A stretch of DNA of 36,933 nucleotides, taken from assembly GCA_001805085.1 (NCBI GenBank), contig MHEA01000034.1:1-36933 (forward strand), in the 5' to 3' direction. How positions within the stretch are numbered: the stretch's first letter is position 1; every line of letters begins with the position of its first letter. This document shows positions 18,890-26,906 of this stretch, in pieces. The notes under the pieces are model-generated. The model saw nothing but the letters and a program-made list of their open reading frames with translations. It did no database searches and was not told the origin of the DNA. This DNA is from Nitrospirae bacterium GWC2_57_9. GTDB taxonomy: Bacteria; Nitrospirota; UBA9217. A program made the translations under genes and the position numbers.

Positions 18890-19468
18890 TCAGAGTCGCG
18901 TAACAACCCCGACAGCGACGCTCACGTCACTTTGTTTATCCATCTTCGATCCATCCAGTCGTTCCAGCTGATAACTCTTATATCGCGTATCAAGGAACAT
19001 CCCTGTCCGGCCGTCGAAAAGCCAGTCTACGGTGAATCCAGTAGATTGCCCGATAACTTCATGATGGCCATTGACTTTTACCCAAAGGAGACCCATGGGT
19101 ATCGCCGAAAGTGCAACGGTTTGAGATCCGGAGTCCAGAATTTTAGTCAGCGCAAGGCCCGTCGTAGCAAAATAAATGTGTTTATCGTTAAACTCCGGAA
19201 AATCCTTCTGAGCAGGGTCTGCTTTTATCGTTGCGTACTAGAAGCGCAACAAAAACTCGATCCAGCTTATCGGCAGCTGGTAATTCATTCCCAATGAAAA
19301 ACTATCGTCTGTTAAGCCCACATCAGCTGTTTTGAATGAATCGCTAAACCAATGCTCAAATCCTATGCGCAAGCGCATCTTTCCGTCGGGGATGCTGTCC
19401 TCGGCGAACGCGGCATGGCTTAAGCCGATCGTTACAATAAGCACGATACTGATGATCGTTTTATACAC
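18890..19468 (-). pseudogene. Outer-membrane beta-barrel-like protein gene interrupted by a single in-frame TAG (19240-19238)
   Basis: Track ORFs 19238..19468 and 18890..19096 are in the same frame (both first bases are 1 mod 3). The 47 codons between them (YATIKADPAQKDFPEFNDKHIYFATTGLALTKILDSGSQTVALSAIP) are open. The GTG start sits 5 nt after GGAGA, followed by the signal peptide MYKTIISIVLIVTIGLSHAAFA. Alternating hydrophobic strands run throughout, for 192 codons in total. Confidence 0.6.
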
Positions 19469-20168
19469 GGTTGTCTCCTATCGCGTCTGGATCGAATCCT
19501 TTGATAATGAGCCATATGGACATGACCAGTTCCTGCAAGCCAATTGGAGGCGCAAAGAAAACCATGGCCTTCATCAATGGCATGGTACCGAACATGCCGA
19601 ACGTATGTAGCAAGGCGCCTGTTGACAAAAATAGAGCTGCAAAAAGACCCCAAGCCGATAACCATCGGGGGATGAGTTTTGATCTGAATAATAAAGAATA
19701 AAACAGAAGAGCGCCTAAAGTAAAAACAATGATATAGAGCAATGTGGCCCATTCTATTCGTGCATGTATTGAATTACCCAAAGCCTGGAAACAGGAAGCA
19801 TCGGGAGTTCCCGGCCTTAAATAATCCTGACTTAAGCTTATGAGTGACAGCGAGTTAATCGCTATAAAAATAAAGAGAATACCCTCGAGCAGCCTGAAAA
19901 CAATGTACCCAAGCGCTATTCTTTCATCAAACAGCTTAAAGAGCGGAAACAGCAGAACGGGAATCAAGATCATGGCAGGGGCACAAATAAGGTCGAATAG
20001 TATTCCTATTTTCACCGGCATTTTATTTGGGTAAACAGTAGCAAGATAGTCCGGGGCATTGAGGATCGGTTGGTAAATATTCGAGGCGACAATGTCAAAA
20101 ACAAGCGCAATGAGAAATAATACAGCTACACTAATTGCAGTTTTTTTGTAAGTATTCATTTTCTTCAC
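19461..20168 (-). CDS. DUF4386-like integral membrane protein (paralogue 2)
   Basis: 235 aa with the same architecture as 18176..18865. Its stop overlaps the start of the OMP-like gene by 8 nt. Confidence 0.65.
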   Translation of the reverse strand: MKKMNTYKKTAISVAVLFLIALVFDIVASNIYQPILNAPDYLATVYPNKMPVKIGILFDLICAPAMILIPVLLFPLFKLFDERIALGYIVFRLLEGILFIFIAINSLSLISLSQDYLRPGTPDASCFQALGNSIHARIEWATLLYIIVFTLGALLFYSLLFRSKLIPRWLSAWGLFAALFLSTGALLHTFGMFGTMPLMKAMVFFAPPIGLQELVMSIWLIIKGFDPDAIGDNRV

Positions 20169-20190
20169 CCCGGATGTTGTTATACAGACC

Positions 20191-20538
20191 TCAGTTCACT
20201 ACGGCAGTACGCTGAGGATATGCCGTTGCCTTGAGGTCGGTACAGTACGCTGTTCCTACAAGCCCATACTTCCAGCGTTCGCTGACATTTATATCGGTTA
20301 CGGAATAGCCGGGTCCCGCGTCATTGAGCAGTTCGGCGTATGCCCGTTCATAGCGATCGTTGATCCTGATCGGAATAAGGAGCAGCAACTGAAAACCGCA
20401 GGCGCTGCCTGATACTGTCCGGCCCTTTGTCGGGTCATACGTGACGTCCGTCGATTTGAACGTAACCGGCGTTCCTGTACAACCCGCGCAGGCCGCAAGC
20501 AGTGCCAAAAGGGCCGCTTGCATTAGCGTCTTTTTCAT
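20191..20538 (-). CDS. Small lipoprotein, unknown function (paralogue B)
   Basis: Track ORF 20191..20592. ATG 20538 follows GGGGGAGG. It has a lipoprotein signal (MKKTLMQAALLALLAACAGC). It shares the pattern G.ACG...IP...R.E.AY...........T..NV...E.W...V.G...C....G.A with the upstream gene. Confidence 0.65.
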   Translation of the reverse strand: MKKTLMQAALLALLAACAGCTGTPVTFKSTDVTYDPTKGRTVSGSACGFQLLLLIPIRINDRYERAYAELLNDAGPGYSVTDINVSERWKYGLVGTAYCTDLKATAYPQRTAVVN

Positions 20539-20915
20539 CGGATCGCCTCCCCCGTGATCGTTACGCATTTCGTCGAGCCGAGCACCCACCAAAACCAGTT
20601 TTCCTGCATCGTCACGTTCAATAAAGCGGTCGCACCGGGAACGCTGTCAATGGCATTCTGGTACGCATTCTCGACGCGTTTATTCAGATCCCCGCCGAAG
20701 AAAGGGAGTTCGGCCACCGGGATGAAGTTATAGGGTGCGAGGATCATCATCGAACCGCAGGCATTCCCCCTGGCCTCTCCCAGTTTTTGATAGTGATCAG
20801 GCGGTCTCGGCAACACTGTTTTGTATGCCGATGCACAGCCTGTTGCCGTCATGCATGCGATCATCAGAAAGACAACTATGGATCGCGCTTCGACATCGTC
20901 CATTCGCGATAACAT
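20535..20915 (-). CDS. Small lipoprotein, unknown function (paralogue A)
   Basis: Track ORF 20535..20960. ATG 20915 sits 5 nt after GGAGG. The signal is MLSRMDDVEARSIVVFLMIACMTATGC. An ATGA overlap with the downstream paralogue suggests translational coupling. Confidence 0.6.
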   Translation of the reverse strand: MLSRMDDVEARSIVVFLMIACMTATGCASAYKTVLPRPPDHYQKLGEARGNACGSMMILAPYNFIPVAELPFFGGDLNKRVENAYQNAIDSVPGATALLNVTMQENWFWWVLGSTKCVTITGEAIR

Positions 20916-20978
20916 GCACACCTCCTTGATAAACAGATACAGCCGGGCTGTCCGCATCATGCGGTCTTTGATTAGACT

Positions 20979-21212
20979 TCATTTTTTCCCTTTTTGGATT
21001 CTATCGTCGAACGAAAATACCTCTTCCAGGGGGGTGCGGAACACCCTGGCAATGCGGAAAGCCAATTCCAGGGTCGGTGAGTATTTACCGTTTTCGATGG
21101 CTATGATGGTTTGTCGCGTAACGCCCACTTTATCGGCCAATTGCTGTTGAGTCATTTCATCGGCAAGGAAGCGTAACTTCCGGATGTTGTTGCTGATGGG
21201 ACAGGGGCTCAT
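20979..21212 (-). CDS. XRE-family helix-turn-helix transcriptional regulator (short YozG-like type)
   Basis: 77 aa. IRKLRFLADEMTQQQLADKVGVTRQTIIAIENGKYSPTLELAFRIARVFRTPLEEVF is a canonical HTH_XRE sequence. Confidence 0.85.
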   Translation of the reverse strand: MSPCPISNNIRKLRFLADEMTQQQLADKVGVTRQTIIAIENGKYSPTLELAFRIARVFRTPLEEVFSFDDRIQKGKK

Positions 21213-21213
21213 A

Positions 21214-21660
21214 TTAAAACCCTTTCCGGTAAAAATAGATCTTGGCCGTTTCCGAGACTATTGCTGCCAGGAACCCCGAATAAATAAGGGTAATGAACAT
21301 CACCCAGGGTTGCATCCCTATCGCCTGCGATCCCATTGACAGGATAAAGCCTGCTATGAACGTCCAATGAGCAAGCTTTATGGCTTTCAACTCGATCAAC
21401 TTGTCCCGCTCATCGGTAATGGTAGGCACATCCTCCTTGGTCACGATCTTGTTGATGATGAAAAAAATAATGTGAATGATGATTTGCGCCACGATTGCCA
21501 CCGGGATCAAGACCAGGTAGGCCTTTCCCCAGAATTTGAAGTCATTGAGAATAGCCAAATTACCCGCGATGTACTTGTAATATACAAACAGGGAATAGGA
21601 CCCGAGAATCAGTATGATGTTGATCAAAGATAGCAGTATCTGTTTTTCTCTCGGGTACAT
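21214..21660 (-). CDS. Four-TM membrane protein of the kind commonly paired with short XRE regulators (DUF2178-like; family call tentative)
   Basis: 148 aa with two hydrophobic hairpins separated by a charged linker (KEDVPTITDERDKLIELKAIK). Its stop is 1 nt before the XRE start. Confidence 0.6.
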   Translation of the reverse strand: MYPREKQILLSLINIILILGSYSLFVYYKYIAGNLAILNDFKFWGKAYLVLIPVAIVAQIIIHIIFFIINKIVTKEDVPTITDERDKLIELKAIKLAHWTFIAGFILSMGSQAIGMQPWVMFITLIYSGFLAAIVSETAKIYFYRKGF

Positions 21661-21720
21661 GGTTACCTCCGCTTGCCTTTTGATCTTTTCTTCATGTTAA
21701 CTATTATAGACTATATGTAT

Positions 21721-21749
21721 AATATATTTGACACTGTGTCAAGTATATT
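21721..21749. promoter_or_regulatory. Palindromic candidate operator carrying back-to-back TTGACA boxes
   Basis: aatatatTTGACACtGTGTCAAgtatatt. The core TTGACAC-T-GTGTCAA (21728-21742) is a perfect 7-1-7 palindrome. It lies between the divergent - strand operon (start 21660) and capA (21875). Confidence 0.55.
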
Positions 21750-21874
21750 TTACATTTATCTCGATAATCGGGGGAAAGGGACATGTCGCCTGGGAGGGAT
21801 TCTTTTATCGCTTTTCCATAAGCGTTATTATGTCTTAGAGGAACGGGTAAAGGAACCTGGTTTGCTGCGAGGAG

Positions 21875-23065
21875 ATGCGTGAAAGAATGAAAACAATCGA
21901 TCCCAAATCGGGTGTACGCGGAAACCCGGGCATCATCAAATTATTCCTGGCCGGCGATGTAATGACAGGCAGGGGCATTGACCAGATTCTGCCGCATCCG
22001 GGTGATCCCACGCTGTATGAGGATTATATAAAAGACGCGAGAGGATACGTTGAGCTGGCGGAAAAAGCAAGCGGTCCTGTCCCGCGCCCGGCCGAACCCG
22101 CGTATATATGGGGAGAGGCTCTCGGCGAGCTTGAAAAAGCTGCTGTTGATGTCAGGATCGCGAACCTTGAGACAAGCGTCACGCGGAGCGACAACTATTG
22201 GAAATGGAAAGAGGTCCATTATCGGATGAATCCGGCAAACATCGATTGCCTAACAGCTGCACGGATTGATGTGTACTCGCTGGCCAACAATCATGTGCTC
22301 GACTGGAGTTATGAAGGTCTCAAGGAGACCCTTGCAACGCTGCAAAAGGCGAACATAAAGAGTGCCGGGGCAGGGCTGACCCGGAAGGAGGCCGCGGCTC
22401 CTGCCGTCGTGGAGATAGAAGGAAAAGGCCGCGTGATCGTTTTCGCGTACGGCTCGCCCACGAGCGGTATTCACCTGAACTGGGGCGCGACAGAATATCA
22501 ACCAGGACTGAATCTTCTGGCCGATTTCTCGGAAGATACGGTTCGGCGGATCAGGGATGGAATTCGAAGCGTAAAAAAAGAAAATGACATTATCGTATTT
22601 TCCATGCATTGGGGAGCTAACTGGGGCTATGAGATCAAGAGCGAAGAGATCGAGTTCGCACACCGTCTGATCGAGTCCGGGGTCGATATCGTTCATGGCC
22701 ATTCTTCGCATCATGTAAAGAGCATTGAGGTCTATCAGGACAGGCTCATCCTGTACGGATGCGGCGACTTTTTGAACGACTATGAAGGAATTCCGGGTTA
22801 TGAGAATTACCGGACCGACCTTGGCCTCATGTATTTCGCGGCCATGGACCGGGCAACAGGCGGGCTTGCCGAACTGAAGATGGTACCGACCCGGATCAAA
22901 TACTTGAGGGTGAATCGAGCGTCGGCTGAGGAGGCCCTTTTGCTTGCCGATATTTTGAAGAGGGAAGGCAAAAGGTTCGGCACGGAAATAGAACTGAGTG
23001 ACGATGCTCTCTTGACGTTGGTTCTGCCGATTTCTCAGGATCGCCAGGATTCAGCCCGTCCCTGA
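21875..23065 (+). CDS. CapA / PGA_cap family metallophosphoesterase-like protein
   Basis: 396 aa. Motifs seen are FLAGDVMTGRGID, LANNHVLDW, MHWGANWGYE and VHGHSSHHVKS. The start is either 21875 or ATG 21887. Confidence 0.8.
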   Translation: MRERMKTIDPKSGVRGNPGIIKLFLAGDVMTGRGIDQILPHPGDPTLYEDYIKDARGYVELAEKASGPVPRPAEPAYIWGEALGELEKAAVDVRIANLETSVTRSDNYWKWKEVHYRMNPANIDCLTAARIDVYSLANNHVLDWSYEGLKETLATLQKANIKSAGAGLTRKEAAAPAVVEIEGKGRVIVFAYGSPTSGIHLNWGATEYQPGLNLLADFSEDTVRRIRDGIRSVKKENDIIVFSMHWGANWGYEIKSEEIEFAHRLIESGVDIVHGHSSHHVKSIEVYQDRLILYGCGDFLNDYEGIPGYENYRTDLGLMYFAAMDRATGGLAELKMVPTRIKYLRVNRASAEEALLLADILKREGKRFGTEIELSDDALLTLVLPISQDRQDSARP

Positions 23066-23087
23066 TCGGGGATTAGCGAGGTGCATT

Positions 23088-24572
23088 ATGGGAGAACTTG
23101 CGAAAAAAATGGAATTTCAAAGACCGGAGTTGGTCAGAATTTCCGACGTAATATGGGACCTGCTCCCGGACTTCAAGCACGGGATGAGGGTCCCCGCCCG
23201 GATAATAGCGACGAGAAAGCTAATCGATGCCATGGACCTTCAGGTCTATGACCAGATAGCGAATGTGGCAACGCTGCCGGGGATCCAGAAATACGCCTAT
23301 TGCATGCCCGACGGCCACAGCGGGTACGGGTTTCCGATCGGTGGAGTGGCGGCATTCGACGTGAACGAGGGAGGCGTCATCTCGCCGGGCGGGATCGGAT
23401 TCGACATCAATTGCGGCATGCGCCTGGTGCTCACAAACCTGACCTACGAACAGGTAAAACCTGAGTTGCGGACGCTTGTGGACAGGCTTTTCAGAAGTGT
23501 TCCCGCAGGCGTGGGGAGCAGGGGATTCGTCAGGCTTTCCCATAACGAATTCAGGGACGAGGTCGCCATGGACGGAGCGCACTGGGCTGTTCGGAGCGGA
23601 TTCGGATGGCTGGAGGACCTGGAACGGACGGAACTCCAGGGCAGGGCCGGGTGGGCGGACAGCGCGAAAATTTCTCCCCGGTCCGTAGAGAGGGGCTTTA
23701 ACCAGATCGGCACACTCGGCTCCGGCAATCACTACCTCGAGATACAGCGAGTGAAACCGGAGAACATTTTCAATAAAGAGCTTGCCGCAAAGTGGGGACT
23801 TTTCCCGGAACAGATCGTGATCATGTTCCACTGCGGTTCCCGGGGATTCGGACACCAGGTGGCTTCCGATTACCTCGAGCTGTTCCTGTCCGTCATGGAA
23901 GCGAAATACGGGATCAAGATCCTCGACCGGGAACTGGCCTGCGCTCCCTTTTATTCGCCTGAAGGGCAGGCATACTTCAAGGCCATGGGCTGCGCCGTGA
24001 ACATGAGCTTTGCGAACAGGCAGGTGATCCTTCACCGGATACGGGAAGTATTTGCGGATGTATTCAACAAGACCCCTGAAGAACTCGGCATGCACATGGT
24101 GTTCGATATCGCCCACAACCGGGGGACCTTTGAAAAGCACGAGGTGGATGGAAAAGTGAAAGAACTGATCGTGCACCGGAAAGGGGCCACCGGAAGTTAC
24201 CATCCAGGCCGGGAAGAGATCCCGGAGATCTACCGCGATGACGGATCGCCGGTCATCATCGGCGGGTCGATGGAGACGGGGAGCTATCTCCTCGTCGGCG
24301 GGCCGAACGCGAAAGAGACGTTCTGCTCCACGGCACACGGAAGCGGCAGGACCATGAGCCGGACCAAGGCGAAGCATATGGTGAACGGCCGTGAACTGAT
24401 TCGGAAGCTTGAGGCGAGCGGCATCTATGTCAGGACCGCGAGCTATCCGGGCGCGGCCGAGGAAGCGGGCTTTGCGTACAAGAACATCGACGATGTGGTA
24501 GAGGCAGCCGCGCTTGCCGGCATTTCAATGCCCGTCGCAAAGCTCGTGCCGCTGGGGAATGTGAAAGGATAA
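23088..24572 (+). CDS. rtcB: RNA 3'-phosphate ligase RtcB
   Basis: 494 aa. Motifs seen are CMPDGHSGYGFPIGGV, GSGNHYLE, FHCGSRGFGHQV and TAHGSGR. Confidence 0.92.
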   Translation: MGELAKKMEFQRPELVRISDVIWDLLPDFKHGMRVPARIIATRKLIDAMDLQVYDQIANVATLPGIQKYAYCMPDGHSGYGFPIGGVAAFDVNEGGVISPGGIGFDINCGMRLVLTNLTYEQVKPELRTLVDRLFRSVPAGVGSRGFVRLSHNEFRDEVAMDGAHWAVRSGFGWLEDLERTELQGRAGWADSAKISPRSVERGFNQIGTLGSGNHYLEIQRVKPENIFNKELAAKWGLFPEQIVIMFHCGSRGFGHQVASDYLELFLSVMEAKYGIKILDRELACAPFYSPEGQAYFKAMGCAVNMSFANRQVILHRIREVFADVFNKTPEELGMHMVFDIAHNRGTFEKHEVDGKVKELIVHRKGATGSYHPGREEIPEIYRDDGSPVIIGGSMETGSYLLVGGPNAKETFCSTAHGSGRTMSRTKAKHMVNGRELIRKLEASGIYVRTASYPGAAEEAGFAYKNIDDVVEAAALAGISMPVAKLVPLGNVKG

Positions 24573-24580
24573 CGATGAAA

Positions 24581-24701
24581 GCAAATTCGAAGCACTAATT
24601 TCTAAATCCTAAACAAAAAGTCGAAATCAAATGTAAGAAAAATTTAGTTTGACTCATTCGATATTGTTTAGGATTTCGAGCTTCGGGTTTAGGGTTTGAT
24701 T
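24581..24701. repeat. Family A palindrome copy 6, rtcB-archease spacer
   Basis: gcaaattcgaagcactaatttctaaatcctaaacaaaaagtcgaaatcaaatg faces cattcgatattgtttaggatttcgagcttcgggtttagggtttgatt. Confidence 0.75.
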
Positions 24702-24702
24702 T

Positions 24703-25134
24703 ATGAGATACCGTTTTCTTGAAGATATCGCCATCGCAGACGTAGCCTTCGAGGCAGAGGGAAAGACGCTCACGGAATTGTTTTTAAATGCGGCACTTGC
24801 TTTGACCAACACTATGGCGAAGGACTTGAATAGCGTGGAGCAGAAGGTGGTAAAGAACATTCAGCTCGAAGCTGATAATGCTGAGACGCTCCTGTACGGT
24901 TTTCTGCAGGAGCTTGTCTTTTATAAAGACGCCGAGCTTCTTTTGTTCTCCCGGTATGATATCGACATCAGGGAAGAAAAAGGGAAATGGCGGATCCAGG
25001 CGAATATTCACGGGGAAGAACTGAATCAGGAGAAGCACCAGCTTGTCGCCGATGTCAAGGCCGTGTCCCTCCACAATTTCAAAGTCCTGAAAACAGCAGA
25101 GGGATGGCGGGCCGAAGTAATCTTGGATGTCTAA
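24703..25134 (+). CDS. Archease (RtcB activator)
   Basis: 143 aa. MRYRFLEDIAIADVAFEAEGKTLTELF...LLYGFLQELVF...VKAVSLHNFKV is the typical archease pattern, and it lies immediately downstream of rtcB. Confidence 0.85.
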   Translation: MRYRFLEDIAIADVAFEAEGKTLTELFLNAALALTNTMAKDLNSVEQKVVKNIQLEADNAETLLYGFLQELVFYKDAELLLFSRYDIDIREEKGKWRIQANIHGEELNQEKHQLVADVKAVSLHNFKVLKTAEGWRAEVILDV

Positions 25135-25445
25135 TAGAGAACAGGACCCTTTCATCTGCCGAACAAGAAGTCTTTTGAGAAGCGATTGACTTTGGAGCAG
25201 GTCCTTGATAGCCGGCGGAAATCGGCTGGGAGATGGGATGCCAGGTGCTGGTCGAGGGGCCAGCGCGCCCTACTACATGCTCAGTCCACTGACCGACTTT
25301 GTCGCGGCACTGGAGCGGCTCGGGAGCCGGGAAGACTGGTGCTCCACCGCCGGCGCTGCTCAAGCTTTGCCGAAGATCGGCAGGTCATAACCTTGCTGCG
25401 GGGACAGTGAGCGAATAAGATAACGTTCCAACCTTAAGAATCGAG

Positions 25446-25476
25446 ATTCCCTGCAGCTGCTGCGGGGAGCTTCAAT
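25446..25476. repeat. Family D GC hairpin, copy 2
   Basis: attccctgcagctgctgcggggagcttcaat. A half-copy cttgctgcgggga lies at about 25392-25404. Confidence 0.7.
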
Positions 25477-25672
25477 CCCGCGACTTGGAACCCCCCGGCT
25501 CCCGCCGGAGAGGAAAGCGCTGTAACCCGCGTCTTGCACTCGCGCTATCGCACACCCTGCATTCGTGGCGTAGCGCTCATAACCGCAGGGCGCAAGGCTC
25601 GTTAACACCGGGTCCAGGCGGGGAAGAGGAAGCTTCCGGCTCCTGCCGGAGGGGAGCTCCACTGTCGGTTCA

Positions 25673-25984
25673 TCACTTCTTCAATTTCATTCCGAGTTTC
25701 TGCTCCACCGATTCGAGCTTTTTTTCTATCCGCTCCTCTTTCCCCTTGCGATCATCGATTATAATCGTCGTTTGAGCGCGCTCGGAATTTTTCATTACGA
25801 TATCGTGGCATTTCCTGATCACTGCCATAACGGAATCCCAATCGCCTTCGAGAACTGTGTTCATTGGGTTGGCTTTGTAGGTTATGCCACTCTCCACAAC
25901 GATTTTAAGAACCTCCGCGATTTGCGGACTGATACTTACACCCTTGCCCACCGGAACCACGCTGAATTCCACGAGCATGCCCAT
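25673..25984 (-). CDS. MTH1187/YkoF-like (UPF0045) small thiamine-binding-fold protein
   Basis: Track ORF 25673..26011. The likely start is ATG 25984, after GGAGG. LVEFSVVPVGKGVSISPQIAEVLKIVVESGITYKANPMNTVLEGDW is characteristic of the family. Confidence 0.72.
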   Translation of the reverse strand: MGMLVEFSVVPVGKGVSISPQIAEVLKIVVESGITYKANPMNTVLEGDWDSVMAVIRKCHDIVMKNSERAQTTIIIDDRKGKEERIEKKLESVEQKLGMKLKK

Positions 25985-26406
25985 CTTCGGTTTCCTCCTG
26001 TTTCCGCGCAAAGTTGTATGCCAGCATAATCAAGTTGGCAGGCTGACCTTTATGAAAAATCAGCGAACTTTTCAAGTATACCAGTTATCGTATGGCCCGG
26101 CACGTGATCGAGTGGCTTTGCCTGATGTGCATGAGAGAAAAAAAGAGGGAATGCGAGCTGTTATCTCCAAAAGAATGATCGCGATGATACTAAGAATAGA
26201 ATCACCCTCTCGAGACCAACTGCCTTTGGTAAAGCAACGTACTTTCGACTTCTCATTTGATGTAGACCGGAGCAGGGAGTGGTGTTTAAGGTGCCATGGC
26301 TGTTCCGCGCCGTGACGATTTTATCATGCCCTTTGAGCTGTTCTGAGTCATCAGCAGGATCTTCCCGGTCTTTGCGGAGGCAAAACAGGAGTAAACATTA
26401 GTGGCA

Positions 26407-26435
26407 TTGACTAAACCTTTCCTGCGTAATAGACT
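26407..26435 (+). promoter_or_regulatory. Candidate sigma70-type promoter TTGACT-17-TAGACT upstream of the DUF1540 gene
   Basis: ttgact at 26407-26412 and tagact at 26430-26435, about 40 nt upstream of ATG 26476. Confidence 0.35.
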
Positions 26436-26475
26436 TTCACTATCGGTGAGAAGGGAAACAACCAGGAGGTGAATA

Positions 26476-26766
26476 ATGGCGATAAGCATGCCGAAAATTT
26501 TAGATTGCGTGGTGACCGACTGCTCGTACAACAAGAACAAGGAATGTCATGCGATGGCCATCACTGTCGGTTCCGGAGGCCACCCCATGTGCGACACCTT
26601 ATTCAAGAGTTCGCAGAAGGGCGGGTTCATGGAGTTGATCGGCAGCGTAGGGGCGTGCAAGGAAGCGGACTGCAAGTTCAACCAGGCGCTCGAGTGCTCG
26701 GCTCCCGGCATCCATGTCGGGCTCCATGCGGACCATGCCGATTGTTCAACGTTTGTGTCACGTTAA
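26476..26766 (+). CDS. DUF1540 cysteine-rich protein
   Basis: 96 aa with two repeats of the C..C.(Y/F)N....C.A..I pattern (CVVTDCSYNKNKECHAMAITV and CKEADCKFNQALECSAPGIHV). A strong SD (AGGAGG) precedes it. Confidence 0.72.
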   Translation: MAISMPKILDCVVTDCSYNKNKECHAMAITVGSGGHPMCDTLFKSSQKGGFMELIGSVGACKEADCKFNQALECSAPGIHVGLHADHADCSTFVSR

Positions 26767-26906
26767 AAATTATACTATGTTGAATCGCGCGCAGGCGCGG
26801 CGCGCAGGTGCATGCGATTGGACAAGAATATCAAACCACCCCTTCACGCCGATCTACTTAATCTTACTCAGGGCTGGGAGGGCTGAAGCAATCTTCGGTG
26901 TTTGCT

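Noticed and set aside
19238-19240. In-frame TAG read as pyrrolysine.
   Set aside because: There are no pylTSBCD genes or methylamine methyltransferase context in the window, and an OMP is not a known Pyl protein. It is kept as a nonsense mutation, sequencing error or read-through candidate.
25300-25370. Cobalamin riboswitch-like fragments (gggaagactggtgc, ggcactgg).
   Set aside because: There is no B12 box (GCCACTG in the right context). The location is downstream of two convergent genes, not in a 5' leader.
25186-25410. Overlapping + strand ORFs of 74 and 61 aa in the rtcB-archease downstream gap. One contains the protein-like stretch YYMLSPLTDFVAALERLGSREDW.
   Set aside because: No SD is present and the frames overlap each other. 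The remainder is Arg/Gly-rich. At best this is a gene remnant, so the region is reported as a non-coding or decayed finding instead.
25481-25513. tmRNA or tRNA-like 3' end (ggaaccccccggctcc resembles ...GGTTCGAATCCCCCCGGCTCCACCA).
   Set aside because: No proper T-arm can be drawn, there is no acceptor stem or CCA context, and there is no upstream tag reading frame. The resemblance is limited to a C-run plus GGCTCC.
25505-25520. RNase P RNA-like GAGGAAAG box.
   Set aside because: The surrounding conserved P4 and J-region sequences (GAGGAAAGTCCGGGC, ACAGAACCCGGCTTA-type) are absent on both strands.
26012-26130. TPP riboswitch upstream of the YkoF/MTH1187-like gene (- strand cttgattatgctggca resembles the CTGATCTGGATAATGCCAGC part of the THI element).
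   Set aside because: No CTGAGA box and no matching P1/P2 pairing. Only two generic hairpins are present (gctga...tcagc and tgcca...tggca).
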